Positions 1-9,798 of a stretch of DNA of 64,000 bases are shown here, piece after piece; position 1 is the first letter of the stretch, and every line of letters begins with the position of its first letter. The position numbers and the translations under genes are program-made. The notes under the pieces were generated by a model. It was not told where the DNA came from. It worked only from the letters and a program-made list of their open reading frames with translations, and made no database searches. Source of the stretch: Deltaproteobacteria bacterium (lineage in GTDB: Bacteria; Myxococcota_A; Polyangia; Polyangiales; Houyiibacteriaceae); assembly GCA_034670305.1 (NCBI GenBank), contig JAXMNT010000002.1:192001-256000 (forward strand). The letters run 5' to 3'.

Positions 1-927
1 GGCCTTCGCGCAGCGGACGACGATTTTGGCGCCCCGAAGTCTGTCGTGGTCGAAGCCGTGGATCGGATGACCGGTCTCGAGCAGGACGAGGTTCGTCGCG
101 TCGACCAGGTTCGAGATGGAACGCAGGCCGAGCACGTGAAGTCGGTGACGCAGCCAGAACGGCGACTTGCCCACCGTCACCCCCCGCACGAACGCCGCGC
201 CATAGCGCGGGCACCGCTCGGCGTCTTCGATCGCCAAGTCGAACGAGCCGTCCGCCGAGGACGAGGGCGCGGACCACAGCTCCGTCGCGCCGTCCCCGAC
301 GAGCGACGCGGGGCCGGCGGCGAGCCGAGTCGGTGGGGCCACCGCCGGCAGCTGGAACGCGACGCCGAGCCGCGCCGCGAGATCCCGCGCGATGCCGATG
401 TGTCCGAGCGCGTCGGGACGGTTGGGCGTGACGCCGATCTCGAAGACCACGTCTTCGACCGGCAGTGCGTCCGCGAGGCGCGTGCCGGCTGCGGGCGGGT
501 CCGACGCGAAGACGAAGATGCCGTCCGTGCCCGAACCGATGCCGAGCTCCGTCTCGCTGCACAACATGCCCGCGCTCGGGATGCCGCCGATCGCACGCTC
601 CGCGATCTCGAACGTGCCGCCGTCGGCGGTGGGGAGCACCGCACCAAGCCGCGCGAAGAGCACACCCGCACCTGCGTCCGGCACGTTGGGTGCGCCGCAG
701 ACGATCTCGTGTTCCCCCGCTCCGTCGTCGATGGTGACGAGCTGGAGTTTGTCGCGGTCTGGATGCGGACGTTTGCGCTTCACGATCGCGACCACCACAC
801 CGGGCGGCGCGGTGAAGCGGTGGAGTGCTTCGACCTCGAGGCCGAGGTCCGTCAGCGTCTCCGCGTAGGTCTCGGGCGAAGCATCGATGCCGGTGAGTTC
901 TTGGAGCCACTGGTAGCTGGCGAGCAT
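1..927 (-). CDS. pheT: Phenylalanine--tRNA ligase beta subunit, 5' part (runs off window edge)
   Basis: Manual translation from ATG at 927: MLASYQWLQELTG...HPDRDKL...IVCGAPNV...GMLCSETELG...VTPNRPDALGHIGIAR; directly follows pheS. Absent from the ORF track. Confidence 0.95.
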   Translation of the reverse strand, partial: MLASYQWLQELTGIDASPETYAETLTDLGLEVEALHRFTAPPGVVVAIVKRKRPHPDRDKLQLVTIDDGAGEHEIVCGAPNVPDAGAGVLFARLGAVLPTADGGTFEIAERAIGGIPSAGMLCSETELGIGSGTDGIFVFASDPPAAGTRLADALPVEDVVFEIGVTPNRPDALGHIGIARDLAARLGVAFQLPAVAPPTRLAAGPASLVGDGATELWSAPSSSADGSFDLAIEDAERCPRYGAAFVRGVTVGKSPFWLRHRLHVLGLRSISNLVDATNLVLLETGHPIHGFDHDRLRGAKIVVRCAKA

Positions 928-1000
928 GTTCGTTTTCCGTGAAGGCGCGGGTCCGGCGGCCGGACCAAAGAAGGGGGGTCGGGTTCGGTTCAGAGCGCGC

Positions 1001-2026
1001 TCAGAAGGAGCGAAGGAACCGGACGTCGTTGCCGAAGAGCAGGTTGATGTGTTCGATGCCGTGGCGGACCATCGCGATGCGATCGAGGCCGACCCCGAAC
1101 GCGAAGCCGCTGACTTCTTCGGGGTCGTAGCCGACGTGTTCGAAGACGACCGGATGGATCATGCCGCAGCCGAGGATCTCCATCCACGGTTGGCCGGGAC
1201 GGCGCACGTCCACCTCGGCGCCCGGCTCGACGAACGGGAAGTAGCTCGGCCGAAAGCGGACTTCGATCTCGCTTCCGAAGAGCCGCTCGAGGAAGAGCGT
1301 CAGCACGCCCTTGAGGTGCGCGAACGAGACCCCCTCGTCGACGAGGAACCCTTCGAGCTGATGGAACATCGGGGAGTGGCTCTTGTCGTCGTCGCGCCGG
1401 TACACCGCGCCGGGCGAGACCACCGCGAGCGGCGGCTTGCGCTTCTTCATCTCGCGGATCTGAACCGACGAGGTGTGGGTCCGCAGCAGCGTCGTGACCG
1501 GGTCGCCCTGGCTCTCGTGGGTGACGAAGAAGGTGTCCTGCATGTCGGTCGCCGGGTGGTCCTTCGGGAACCCGAGCCGGTCGAAACAGTTCGCATGCGT
1601 CTCGATCTCCGGACCGTCCGCGACGTCGAATCCAAGTGAGCCGAAGATGTCGAGCAGCTCGTGTTTGATCCGCGTGATGATGTGGAGGTTGCCCGCCATC
1701 GAGCCGCGCCCGGGCAAGGTCACGTCGATGGGCGGCGCGCTGAGCTCGGCGTCGCGCGCGGCCTGCAGAATCGCTTCGAGCCGCGCGTCGAACGCGGCGG
1801 AGATCTTCTGCTTCACCGCGTTGGCGGCCTGACCGACCTCGCGCTTCTGGTCCTTCGGGACCTCGCGCATGCGCTTCATCAAGGCGGTGAGCGCGCCACT
1901 CGGGCCGACGAACTTCGCGTTCACCTCCCGGAGCGCCTGCTCGGTGGTGGCGGCATCGAACCCATCGGCGAACTGGGTGGAGATGTCTTCGAGCCCATCG
2001 AGGAACTGCTTGGCTGCGTCGGTCAC
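1001..2026 (-). CDS. pheS: Phenylalanine--tRNA ligase alpha subunit
   Basis: HPATDMQDTF, LLRTHTSSVQIR, FHQLEG, FRPSYFPFVEP, GFAFGVGLDR motifs. Confidence 0.98.
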   Translation of the reverse strand: MTDAAKQFLDGLEDISTQFADGFDAATTEQALREVNAKFVGPSGALTALMKRMREVPKDQKREVGQAANAVKQKISAAFDARLEAILQAARDAELSAPPIDVTLPGRGSMAGNLHIITRIKHELLDIFGSLGFDVADGPEIETHANCFDRLGFPKDHPATDMQDTFFVTHESQGDPVTTLLRTHTSSVQIREMKKRKPPLAVVSPGAVYRRDDDKSHSPMFHQLEGFLVDEGVSFAHLKGVLTLFLERLFGSEIEVRFRPSYFPFVEPGAEVDVRRPGQPWMEILGCGMIHPVVFEHVGYDPEEVSGFAFGVGLDRIAMVRHGIEHINLLFGNDVRFLRSF

Positions 2027-2049
2027 TCGCCTCCCATAACCCCGAACAC

Positions 2050-2076
2050 AAAAACGCGCACCCGAAGGCGCGCGTT
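2050..2076 (-). terminator. Intrinsic terminator after rplT
   Basis: Minus strand AACGCGCGCC-TTCG-GGTGCGCGTT followed by a T run. Confidence 0.75.
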
Positions 2077-2098
2077 CTTGGTTGGAATCGACGTCCGC

Positions 2099-2440
2099 TT
2101 AGAGGGCGTCGACGACGGCCTTGAAGCCGCCCGGATCTTTGAGCGCGAGGTCCGCAAGGATCTTGCGGTCGAGCTCGATGCCGGCCCGCTTGAGACCGGC
2201 AGTCATCTTGCTGTAGGTCGTACCGTTGGCACGCGCCGCAGCGTTGATGCGGGTGATCCACAGACGACGGAACGCACGGCGGCGTTCGCGGCGATGGCGG
2301 TACGCATCTTCCCAGCTGTTGTGCAGCTGCTCGATGGCGGTGCGAAACAGTCGGCTCCGGGCACCGTAGTTGCCTCGAGCGAACTTCAGAACCTTCTTAC
2401 GACGACGACGGGCCTTAAAGCCTCTTCTTACGCGCGGCAT
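2099..2440 (-). CDS. rplT: 50S ribosomal protein L20
   Basis: MPRVRRG...[14 protein letters not shown]...[10 protein letters not shown]; position after rpmI. Confidence 0.98.
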   Translation of the reverse strand: MPRVRRGFKARRRRKKVLKFARGNYGARSRLFRTAIEQLHNSWEDAYRHRRERRRAFRRLWITRINAAARANGTTYSKMTAGLKRAGIELDRKILADLALKDPGGFKAVVDAL

Positions 2441-2449
2441 TCGATGCTC

Positions 2450-2659
2450 CTAGAGGTACGGAATCAGCCGCATGATGCCGGGCTGATCGCACTTGGCAAC
2501 CATGTCGTTTTTGCGCAGCCGACGCAGACGCGCCGGAGACTTGTCACCCCGCATCATGCGGTGACTCTTGCCGGCCTTGCTGCGCCGGATCCGGCCGGAG
2601 CCGGTGATCTTGAAGCGTTTGGCCGCGGCCCGCTTCGTCTTCATCTTGGTTTTTGCCAT
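2450..2659 (-). CDS. rpmI: 50S ribosomal protein L35
   Basis: KMKTKRAAAKRFKITGSG motif. Confidence 0.98.
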   Translation of the reverse strand: MAKTKMKTKRAAAKRFKITGSGRIRRSKAGKSHRMMRGDKSPARLRRLRKNDMVAKCDQPGIMRLIPYL

Positions 2660-2721
2660 GACTTCCTCGTTGAGAGCTCCAAACCAGCGAGCAAACGCGG
2701 CGGGGAGCGGAAGAGCGGAGC

Positions 2722-2750
2722 GGTATGGGCCGCCCCTCAGGTGGTGTCAA
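2722..2750 (-). promoter_or_regulatory. Putative sigma70-type promoter for rpmI-rplT
   Basis: TTGACA-17 nt-CATACC on the minus strand upstream of rpmI; weak -10. Confidence 0.5.
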
Positions 2751-2928
2751 GCCACTGCCCTCGGGCAGGACAGCACTTGGCGCGAAGCGAAGTTCGTGAG
2801 GCGACCGGAAGGGCTTTGCCTGCAGGCCGGGGGATGCGCCATCCCCCGCGGACAACCAACGGTGCGCGCGCATTGCGGACGGTCTTCGCTGACAGCGCTC
2901 TCGACCGAAACGGATGCGCCAGGCCCCG

Positions 2929-3534
2929 TCAGTCGTCGGCTTCCTCGGCGCCCTCGTGGCCCTCTTCGCCCTTCTTGGGCTTGGGTTTGACCTTGGGCGC
3001 GAGGAGCGCGGTCATGGTCCGTCCCTCCATGCGACCGGAGCTCTCCACGATGGCGTACTCGCGTACGGCGTCGATGATGAGTTCGATCTGCCGGCGGGCC
3101 GTCTCGGGGTGCGTGATCTCGCGACCACGGAACCGGACGGTGAGCTTGACCTTGTTCCCCTCTTCCAAGAACCGGATCACATGTTTGATCTTGAACGCGA
3201 TGTCATGATCGTCCGTCTTGGGGCGGAGCTTGATTTCCTTGAGCTCGACCTGCGACTGCTTCTTGCGCGCCTCGGCCTGCTTCTTCTTTTCTTCGTACTT
3301 GAACTTGCCGAAGTCCATGATCTTGCAAACCGGAGGCACTGCCTTCGGGTTCACTTCGACCAGGTCCAAGTCTTGTTCTTTCGCCCGGTTCTTCGCCTCA
3401 TAGGTGCTCAGCACCCCCAGCATCGACCCATCGGCGTCGATGACGCGGACTTCGGGGACGCGGATGCGATCGTTGACACGGGGGCCGAAAGTACGGCGTT
3501 CACGGGGGTCGACACGACGACGGGGCCTTGCGAT
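2929..3534 (-). CDS. infC: Translation initiation factor IF-3 (non-canonical ATC start)
   Basis: IF3 motifs (VNDRIRVPEVRVID, PPVCKIMDFGKFKYE, KEIKLRPK); frame extends upstream of the ORF-track start to ATC at 3534, 8 nt after AGGAGG. Confidence 0.95.
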   Translation of the reverse strand: MARPRRRVDPRERRTFGPRVNDRIRVPEVRVIDADGSMLGVLSTYEAKNRAKEQDLDLVEVNPKAVPPVCKIMDFGKFKYEEKKKQAEARKKQSQVELKEIKLRPKTDDHDIAFKIKHVIRFLEEGNKVKLTVRFRGREITHPETARRQIELIIDAVREYAIVESSGRMEGRTMTALLAPKVKPKPKKGEEGHEGAEEADD

Positions 3535-3680
3535 GACTCATTCCTCCTGAGGTGGGGCAGCGCCCCGAAAATCTCTACAACAACCAGTAATAAACCACTG
3601 AGGCATTCCCCGAAAGGGGGGCCGCCTCCGCGGGACAATTCAGATCAGGGCAAATTCGCCCGGTTTGCGCGCTTCGTTCG

Positions 3681-5708
3681 TCATGCGGATCGAAGCGAAG
3701 GCGCCAGATGTTCGGCACCGAGCCGAGCGATGACCTCGTCCATGGCGACGAATCCGAGGTCCTTGTTCTCATCGCGACTGCGAAGCGCGAGCCCGTCGCC
3801 TTCGACCTCGTTGCTGCCGATGACGCCGATGTAAGGCACCCGAAGGTTCCGCGCGTTTCGAATCTTCGCGCCGAGCCGTTCGTTGGAGGTGTCCGCGCTC
3901 ACGCGGAAGCCAAGCTTGCGAAGGCGGTCGCGGGTCTTGATCGCGAACTCGTCGAAGTCGCTCGCGACGGTGACCAGCGTCAGCTGCTCCGGCGCGCACC
4001 AGGTCGGAAACGATCCGGCGACGTGTTCGATGAGCACGCCGTAGAAGCGCTCCACGCTGCCGAGGATCGCGCGGTGCAACATCACCGGCCGGTGCACGGT
4101 GTTGTCCGGGCCGACGTAACCGAGGTCGAAACGTTCCGGCAGGTTGAAGTCCGCCTGGATGGTGCCGAGTTGCCACGGACGGCCGAGCGCATCGCTCAGG
4201 TGGAACTCCACCTTGGGACCATAGAACGCGCCCTCGCCTTCGGCGATTTCGTACTCGAGGCCCTTGGCTTCGACCCCATCGATGAGCGCCTTCTCGGACC
4301 GGTCCCAGATTTCGTCGGTGCCGAGGCGTTCTTCCGGACGGGTCGCGATCACGATGCGCACTTCCGAGAAACCGAAGTCGGCGTACACGGTGTGCACCAG
4401 ATCGAGGAACGCGGTGATCTCGTCCTGGAGCTGTTCCATCGTGCAGAAGATGTGCGCGTCGTCCTGCGCGAAGGTCCGCACCCGGGTCAGCCCCTGCACG
4501 ACGCCGCTGCGCTCGTAGCGGTGCAGCCGTCCAAAGTCCGCCATGCGCATCGGCAGCTCGCGGTAGCTGCGGCGCGTCATGCCGAACATCAACGCGTGGC
4601 ACGGGCAGTTCATCGGCTTGATGCCGTAGCGCAGCTGATCCTGAAGCAGGTGCTCGCACGATTCGACCGATTCAGGCGGCTTGTCGACGATGAGCTTCGC
4701 CGCGGACTCGAGGTTCTCCTTCGAGCCGGCGACGAACATGTTCTCGAAGTACGCGGGCAAGTGACCGCTGGTCTCGAACAGCTCCTTGTCGAAGATCTGC
4801 GGCGTGATGACTTCTTCGTACCCATGGCGGTCGTAGAGCGCGCGCACGTAGTCGACGAGCAGGTTGTAGAGCCGCGCACCACGCGAGGTGAAGAAGGGCG
4901 AGGCCGGCGCCAGCGGGTGGAACGCGATGAGATCGAGTTCCTTGCCGACCTTGCGGTGGTCGCGCTTCTTTGCTTCTTCGATCTGCTTGAGGTGTTTGCG
5001 CAGCAGCTTCGGGTTCGCGAAGGCGGTGCCGTAGATGCGCTGCAGCATCGGGTTGCGTTCGTCGCCCCGCCAGTACGCGCCGGCCACGTGGGTGAGCTGG
5101 AACGCTTGCAGGAACCCCGTGCTCGGCACGTGCGGGCCTTCGCAGAGATCCACCCACCGGTCGTCACCGCCGTGGCGGTAGATGGTGAGTTCGCCCTGGA
5201 GACGCTCGAGGTGCTCGAGCTTGAACGGCTCGTCGAGGTCCGTGAGGATCGCGCGCAGCTCGTCCTTGGTCTTCACTTCGCGGACGAAGCTCGAGTTCTT
5301 CTCGATGATCTCCCGCATCGCTTCTTCGATGGCGCGCAGGTCGTCGTCCGAGAAGGAGCCGCCCTTGCGGTCGTAGTCGTAGTAGAAGCCCTGCGCGGTG
5401 GCCGGGCCGAAGGCGACCTTGGTGCCAGGGAAAAGCTTCTGCACTGCGTCCGCCATCACGTGCGCGGTGGAGTGGCGGATGATGGGGAGCGCGCGTGGGT
5501 CGTGCGCGGGCACCTGCGCGACCGGGGTGGTCGGCGGCACGTCGGGGAGCGGCGTGTGCAGATCGAAGACCTGGCCGTCGACAGCAATGGCGACGGTCTT
5601 CTTGGCCAGCAGACCACGCTCTTCGAGCACGTCTGTGCCGAGGCGGCCCGCAATGGGACCTTCCACGGGGGCCTTCGGTTCGTTCTCTGCTGCGGACTCT
5701 TCGCTCAT
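3681..5708 (-). CDS. thrS: Threonine--tRNA ligase
   Basis: IRHSTAHVMA, DLCEGPHV, GAYWRGD, KPMNCP, QDDAHIF, GAFYGPK motifs. Confidence 0.98.
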   Translation of the reverse strand: MSEESAAENEPKAPVEGPIAGRLGTDVLEERGLLAKKTVAIAVDGQVFDLHTPLPDVPPTTPVAQVPAHDPRALPIIRHSTAHVMADAVQKLFPGTKVAFGPATAQGFYYDYDRKGGSFSDDDLRAIEEAMREIIEKNSSFVREVKTKDELRAILTDLDEPFKLEHLERLQGELTIYRHGGDDRWVDLCEGPHVPSTGFLQAFQLTHVAGAYWRGDERNPMLQRIYGTAFANPKLLRKHLKQIEEAKKRDHRKVGKELDLIAFHPLAPASPFFTSRGARLYNLLVDYVRALYDRHGYEEVITPQIFDKELFETSGHLPAYFENMFVAGSKENLESAAKLIVDKPPESVESCEHLLQDQLRYGIKPMNCPCHALMFGMTRRSYRELPMRMADFGRLHRYERSGVVQGLTRVRTFAQDDAHIFCTMEQLQDEITAFLDLVHTVYADFGFSEVRIVIATRPEERLGTDEIWDRSEKALIDGVEAKGLEYEIAEGEGAFYGPKVEFHLSDALGRPWQLGTIQADFNLPERFDLGYVGPDNTVHRPVMLHRAILGSVERFYGVLIEHVAGSFPTWCAPEQLTLVTVASDFDEFAIKTRDRLRKLGFRVSADTSNERLGAKIRNARNLRVPYIGVIGSNEVEGDGLALRSRDENKDLGFVAMDEVIARLGAEHLAPSLRSA

Positions 5709-5927
5709 CTCAACTCACTCCTTGGGGGAACGAGCACGGACGGCCGACGACGAATGCGGCGAAGTTCGAACGACGAAGCGACACCGACCCACTCGGCCGA
5801 TGTGCTCCTCGTCTGACCCGGTTTCGAACCGACCTCGACGCGCAGCTCACCAGCACGGTGAACGCGTAGTCTTCGTGGTCGGTTCGGGGAAAATCATTCG
5901 GATGGGGGGTGTGCTTCGAGAAGCACC

Positions 5928-6002
5928 TGGTAGGCACGGGCGGGATTGAACCGCCGACCCCTGCCGTGTCAAGGCAGTGCTCTCCCACTGAGCTACGTGC
6001 CT
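5928..6002 (-). tRNA. tRNA-Val(GAC)
   Basis: AGGCACG acceptor stem, TAGCTCAGTGGGAGAGC D-arm, CTGCC-TTGACAC-GGCAG anticodon arm, GGTTCAATCC T-loop, encoded CCA end. Confidence 0.96.
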
Positions 6003-6015
6003 GAGAGAGGCCCCG

Positions 6016-6044
6016 GACTTAACGCCCGTCGGTGACGCCGTCAA
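6016..6044 (-). promoter_or_regulatory. Putative sigma70 promoter of tRNA-Val/thrS
   Basis: TTGACG-17 nt-TAAGTC just upstream of the tRNA 5' end. Confidence 0.5.
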
Positions 6045-6062
6045 GGAAGTTGTTGAGGGGCG

Positions 6063-6662
6063 TCAGCGATCGCGCAGGCCTTTGCCGGCCAGGATCCGCG
6101 GGGCGAGTTTGTCGACTCGGGCCGCGCGGGTCTTCGACTGCTTCGCGTCCGAGATGTGCAGGTGGTAGCCACGCTGGCGGCCCGGCGTGAGCGCTTCGAA
6201 CGCGGCCTTGAACGTCGGGTCCGCGTCGAGGCGCGCTTGCAGCTCCGCCACCAGCACCAGCGGCGCGCGTTCGGGCAGCGGCGTGCCGGCGTCTTCGACC
6301 GCCATCGCCTGGCGCACCAGATCCCGCAGCGTCGGCTCGAGTCGTTTTACGTCCTCGGTGCTGCGGAAGCACACCCGCCGCGACGAGTGGGTGTTCTTGC
6401 CCTGCGACTCGAGCACGCCCTCGGGCGCCTCGAGCAAGATCCCCTTCACGAAGAGCAGCGCGAGGAAGCCCTTGAACGACTGCACGATGCAGACGTTGTT
6501 CCCGTCGTGCCCGTAGCAGGGCTTGCCCCACTTCACCGCCTCGCTCAGCCCACAGTCGAGCAGGACCGGCCGCAGCGCCTTGGCTTCGTCCCGCCACCGC
6601 GGATTCGCGGCCAACCACTGGTCGACGTTCGCGTACTTCTCCATGACGTCAGGATTTAGCAT
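6063..6662 (-). CDS. YdeI/OmpD-associated family protein (DUF1801 + bacteriocin-protection domain)
   Basis: KWGKPCY, LLFVKG, FEALTPGRQRGY, AKQSKTRAARV motifs. Confidence 0.85.
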   Translation of the reverse strand: MLNPDVMEKYANVDQWLAANPRWRDEAKALRPVLLDCGLSEAVKWGKPCYGHDGNNVCIVQSFKGFLALLFVKGILLEAPEGVLESQGKNTHSSRRVCFRSTEDVKRLEPTLRDLVRQAMAVEDAGTPLPERAPLVLVAELQARLDADPTFKAAFEALTPGRQRGYHLHISDAKQSKTRAARVDKLAPRILAGKGLRDR

Positions 6663-6790
6663 CCGGTCGCGCGGCCGGTCGAGGGTCGGCTTGGCCTCCT
6701 TGAGGCGCCACCCCGCCGACCGCTACGCTGGACCATCCATCGGGCCAGCCAACCTCCACGGGTAGGGGCGCGAACTCGGATGAGGGCGAC

Positions 6791-6953
6791 TTCGGCGTCG
6801 GCTTCGGCGTCGGCGTCGGCATCGGCATCGGCGTCGGCATCGGCATCGGCTTCGGCGTCGGCTTCGGGATCGGCTTCGGCTTCGGCTTCGGCTTCGGCTT
6901 CGGCCCCGAACAGGGGCAGGGGCAAGGGCAAGGGCAGGGGCAAGGGTAGCGGG
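6791..6953. repeat. Composite hexamer tract 1: (NTCGGC)n then (GGGCAR)n
   Basis: About 19 NTCGGC units followed by GGGGCA/GGGCAA units; intergenic. Confidence 0.95.
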
Positions 6954-6964
6954 CCTTTGGCCCG

Positions 6965-7939
6965 CTAGGCGTCGTACATACCCAGCGCCCAGCGCAGGGT
7001 GTCTCGATCGATGTTCTGGCCGGTGTGCACGATGACCACCCGCTTGCCCGCGAGTTTGGTCTTGAGCTTCTCCGCCGCGGCGTAGGCCGCAGCAGCCGCG
7101 CCTTCGGCGACGTTGTGGGTGGTCTCGAGCGCGACGCGCACGCCCATCTTCATCTCTTCTTCGCTGACCTCGACGACTTCGTCGACTTGGTCTTTCACGA
7201 TCGAGAAGGGCAGCTCGAACGCGCGCCGAGTGGCGAGCCCTTCCGCGAAGGTGTCCGCGCTCTCGACCTCTTCGAGTTTGCCGCTCTTCAAACTCTTGGC
7301 GAGCGCGTTGGCGCGCTCGGACTGCACCGCGACGATGGTCACGTCGGGCCGCATCGTGCGCATCGTCGTGACCACGCCCGCGAGGCCGCTGCCACCACCG
7401 ACCGGCACGATGATCGCGTCGACGTCTGGAAGGTCCTCGACGATCTCCATCGCGTAGGTGCCCACGCCCGCGATCAAGTGCGGGTCGTTGGCCACGTGCA
7501 CGTAGCGGAGGTCGTCGTTCATCGCGCGGGCTTCGGCTTCCGCGCACGCGGCTTCGAAGTCGTTGCCGTGCACGAAGAGTTCACCGCCGAGCGCTTCGAT
7601 GTTCGCGTTGGTCTCGCGGTTGTTGCCCTTCGGTACGTAGATGACCGCGCGGGACCCGAACGCGCGCGCCGCCCATGCGAGTGAGAGCCCGTGCGAGCTG
7701 CGCGTCGCGGTGACGACGCCCCGGCGGCGCTGCTTGTCGCTCAAGCTCGCGAAGAGGTTCACGCCGCCGCGCACCTTGAACGCGCCGATCGGGAGATGGT
7801 TTTCGTGTTTGACGTACGCGTCCAGTCCCAGCCGCGCGCTCAAGAGCGGATGGCGGTAGAGCGGCGTGCGACGAACGTGTCGATGAACGATGGGCCAGGC
7901 GCGAAGGACGTCACGAAAGCCGACGATGGGTTCTGACAA
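6965..7939 (-). CDS. PLP-dependent threonine/serine dehydratase family enzyme
   Basis: KHENHLPIGAFKVRG (PLP lysine), VPVGGGSG, TFAEGLA. Confidence 0.88.
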   Translation of the reverse strand: MSEPIVGFRDVLRAWPIVHRHVRRTPLYRHPLLSARLGLDAYVKHENHLPIGAFKVRGGVNLFASLSDKQRRRGVVTATRSSHGLSLAWAARAFGSRAVIYVPKGNNRETNANIEALGGELFVHGNDFEAACAEAEARAMNDDLRYVHVANDPHLIAGVGTYAMEIVEDLPDVDAIIVPVGGGSGLAGVVTTMRTMRPDVTIVAVQSERANALAKSLKSGKLEEVESADTFAEGLATRRAFELPFSIVKDQVDEVVEVSEEEMKMGVRVALETTHNVAEGAAAAAYAAAEKLKTKLAGKRVVIVHTGQNIDRDTLRWALGMYDA

Positions 7940-8070
7940 CGAAAGTTTCTCCGAATGGGAAAGAGGGTCTGGGAGCGCACTCCGGGACAGCCCGTGAGTC
8001 TACAACGTCACGACCCCTCGATGGATCATGTTCTCGTGGAAGCGGGAAACCCAAGGGCAAGCGCATGCGC

Positions 8071-9621
8071 TCAGTCGAGGACTTCCTCGGACTCGGGTTC
8101 CGGCTCTTCTTCGAGCACTGGCGCGGGGCCTTCGAGTTCGATCTCGGCGAGCTCGCTCCGAAGCTCGCGCATCTGGCGCCGGTAGCGGCCGAGCGCGCCG
8201 GCGGGCAGGAGCAGGCCCGGCCCGTTGAGCACCGCCATGGGATCGACGAACCGGCTGTGGCGTTTGAGCCCGAAGTGTAGGTGCGGCCCGGTCGAGCGAC
8301 CGGTCGTGCCGACGGTCCCGATCGGGTCCCGTTGCTGTACTTCCGCTCCGACCCGGATGCCGCGCTGGATGCGGTGCAAGTGCGCGTAGTGGCTCTCGTA
8401 GCCGCTCGCGTGGCGGATCGAGACGAGGTTGCCGTTCGGTCCTTTGGGGCCCGCCCAGGTGATCACCCCGTCGGCCGCTGCCCAGACCGGCGTGCCGGTG
8501 GAGGCCGCGAAGTCGACGCCGTTGTGCGGCACGATCCGCCGGAGGATGGGGTGCATGCGACGCGGGTTGTAGGGAGAGCTCATGCGATCGTAGCGGCACG
8601 GCACCCGAAGCCAGCTCCCGCGGATCTGCCGGCCGTCTTCGTCGTACCACTCGCCGCGGCCCTCGTGCTCGAAGTGGAACGCGCGCAGCGTGCCGGCCCG
8701 CTGCCCGACGTACTCGACCGCGTGGACCTGGCCCCACTGGAGAAACTCCCCTTCGAGCCGCTCCTCATCGAGGATCACCCGAAACTGATCGCCCGCGCGC
8801 GCCTGGGTCGAGAAGTTCACCTTGCCGTCGAAGACCTCGACGAAGAGCCCGACGATGGTGCGGCCGAGCCCCGCGGAATCCACCGCGTCTCCGAGTGAGG
8901 AACGCACGGTGCCGCCCCTCGAGAGCCGGGTCCGCGTGACCTCCCGCTCGACGCGTTCCCCGACGATCGCGTCGCCTTCACCGCGCCGGAACACCGCGAA
9001 GCTGGTGGGTTGGTCGTGGTACTCGAACCGCACCAGGCGCCCCTCCGAATCCCGATCGTAGATCAGCGCGTGGTCGGGGCGGCAGCGGCGGAAGTCGAGC
9101 ACGCCCTCGGACGCACCTTCGATCGCAGCGGACTCCTCGTTGCTCAACCCTGCGGCGAGCAAGGCGGGGCGGAACCCGCGGGCCTGACCGAAGGTCGCGG
9201 TGAACCGTTGGTGTCCGGCGGCGGTCTCTTCGGGCTCGAGGACGGCGACCGGCGCGACCTCGTCCACATCGTCGACCTCCACCTCCTCGGGCGGCGCTTC
9301 TTTGTGGATGGCGCGCTTGAGCACCCCAGTGGCACCCGCCTGCGCCACGTCTTCCGCGTCGTCCTCGTCCAGGTCCGTGCCCATGGCGGCCAGGGAGGGG
9401 TCCTCGGCGGGCGCCTCCTCGCCGTCGAACCACCACGTCCAGCCGAGGTACAGCACGCCGAGCAACGCGCCGAGGGCCAGCACACCTTTGAACGCCGCGG
9501 CCCGCACCCGGGCAGCCCGCACCTGGCCCGGCAGGAGCGCCATGTCCACCGAGGGCAGCGGGCGCGAGAGCGGATCGGGCCCTTCGCCCGGTTCCGTTCC
9601 ACCGCTGAGTTCCGCCGCCAT
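8071..9621 (-). CDS. M23 family peptidoglycan DD-metalloendopeptidase with N-terminal TM
   Basis: HNGVDF, YAHL, GRSTGPHLHF motifs. Confidence 0.92.
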   Translation of the reverse strand: MAAELSGGTEPGEGPDPLSRPLPSVDMALLPGQVRAARVRAAAFKGVLALGALLGVLYLGWTWWFDGEEAPAEDPSLAAMGTDLDEDDAEDVAQAGATGVLKRAIHKEAPPEEVEVDDVDEVAPVAVLEPEETAAGHQRFTATFGQARGFRPALLAAGLSNEESAAIEGASEGVLDFRRCRPDHALIYDRDSEGRLVRFEYHDQPTSFAVFRRGEGDAIVGERVEREVTRTRLSRGGTVRSSLGDAVDSAGLGRTIVGLFVEVFDGKVNFSTQARAGDQFRVILDEERLEGEFLQWGQVHAVEYVGQRAGTLRAFHFEHEGRGEWYDEDGRQIRGSWLRVPCRYDRMSSPYNPRRMHPILRRIVPHNGVDFAASTGTPVWAAADGVITWAGPKGPNGNLVSIRHASGYESHYAHLHRIQRGIRVGAEVQQRDPIGTVGTTGRSTGPHLHFGLKRHSRFVDPMAVLNGPGLLLPAGALGRYRRQMRELRSELAEIELEGPAPVLEEEPEPESEEVLD

Positions 9622-9798
9622 GCCCCAGGGTTATCGCGCCCCCGAGACGGAGGCAACGGGACCCGTGGGACTGCAATCCGGTCGCCAGGCGTTCATGGTG
9701 CGAACCCGGTCGAGCCTGCTAGTCTCCGCCGCCGCGCCCCTGTGGGCGCAATTCTCCCTCTTTTCTTGCGCCCCCCACGGGTCACCACCCGCCTCCAC

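Noticed and set aside
46-5816. Long + strand ORFs (46-942, 1661-3208, 3708-5816)
   Set aside because: Antisense to pheT, pheS, rplT, infC and thrS; no recognisable motifs.
5928-6002. tRNA-Val as an integration site for an island
   Set aside because: No integrase, no duplicated tRNA 3' end seen, and the flanks are core genes.
6649-6968. Short ORFs made of PK/PM/SA/RS dipeptide repeats at this and other intergenic tracts
   Set aside because: By-products of stop-free hexamer repeats, with no RBS or non-repeat coding content; translation cannot be supported.
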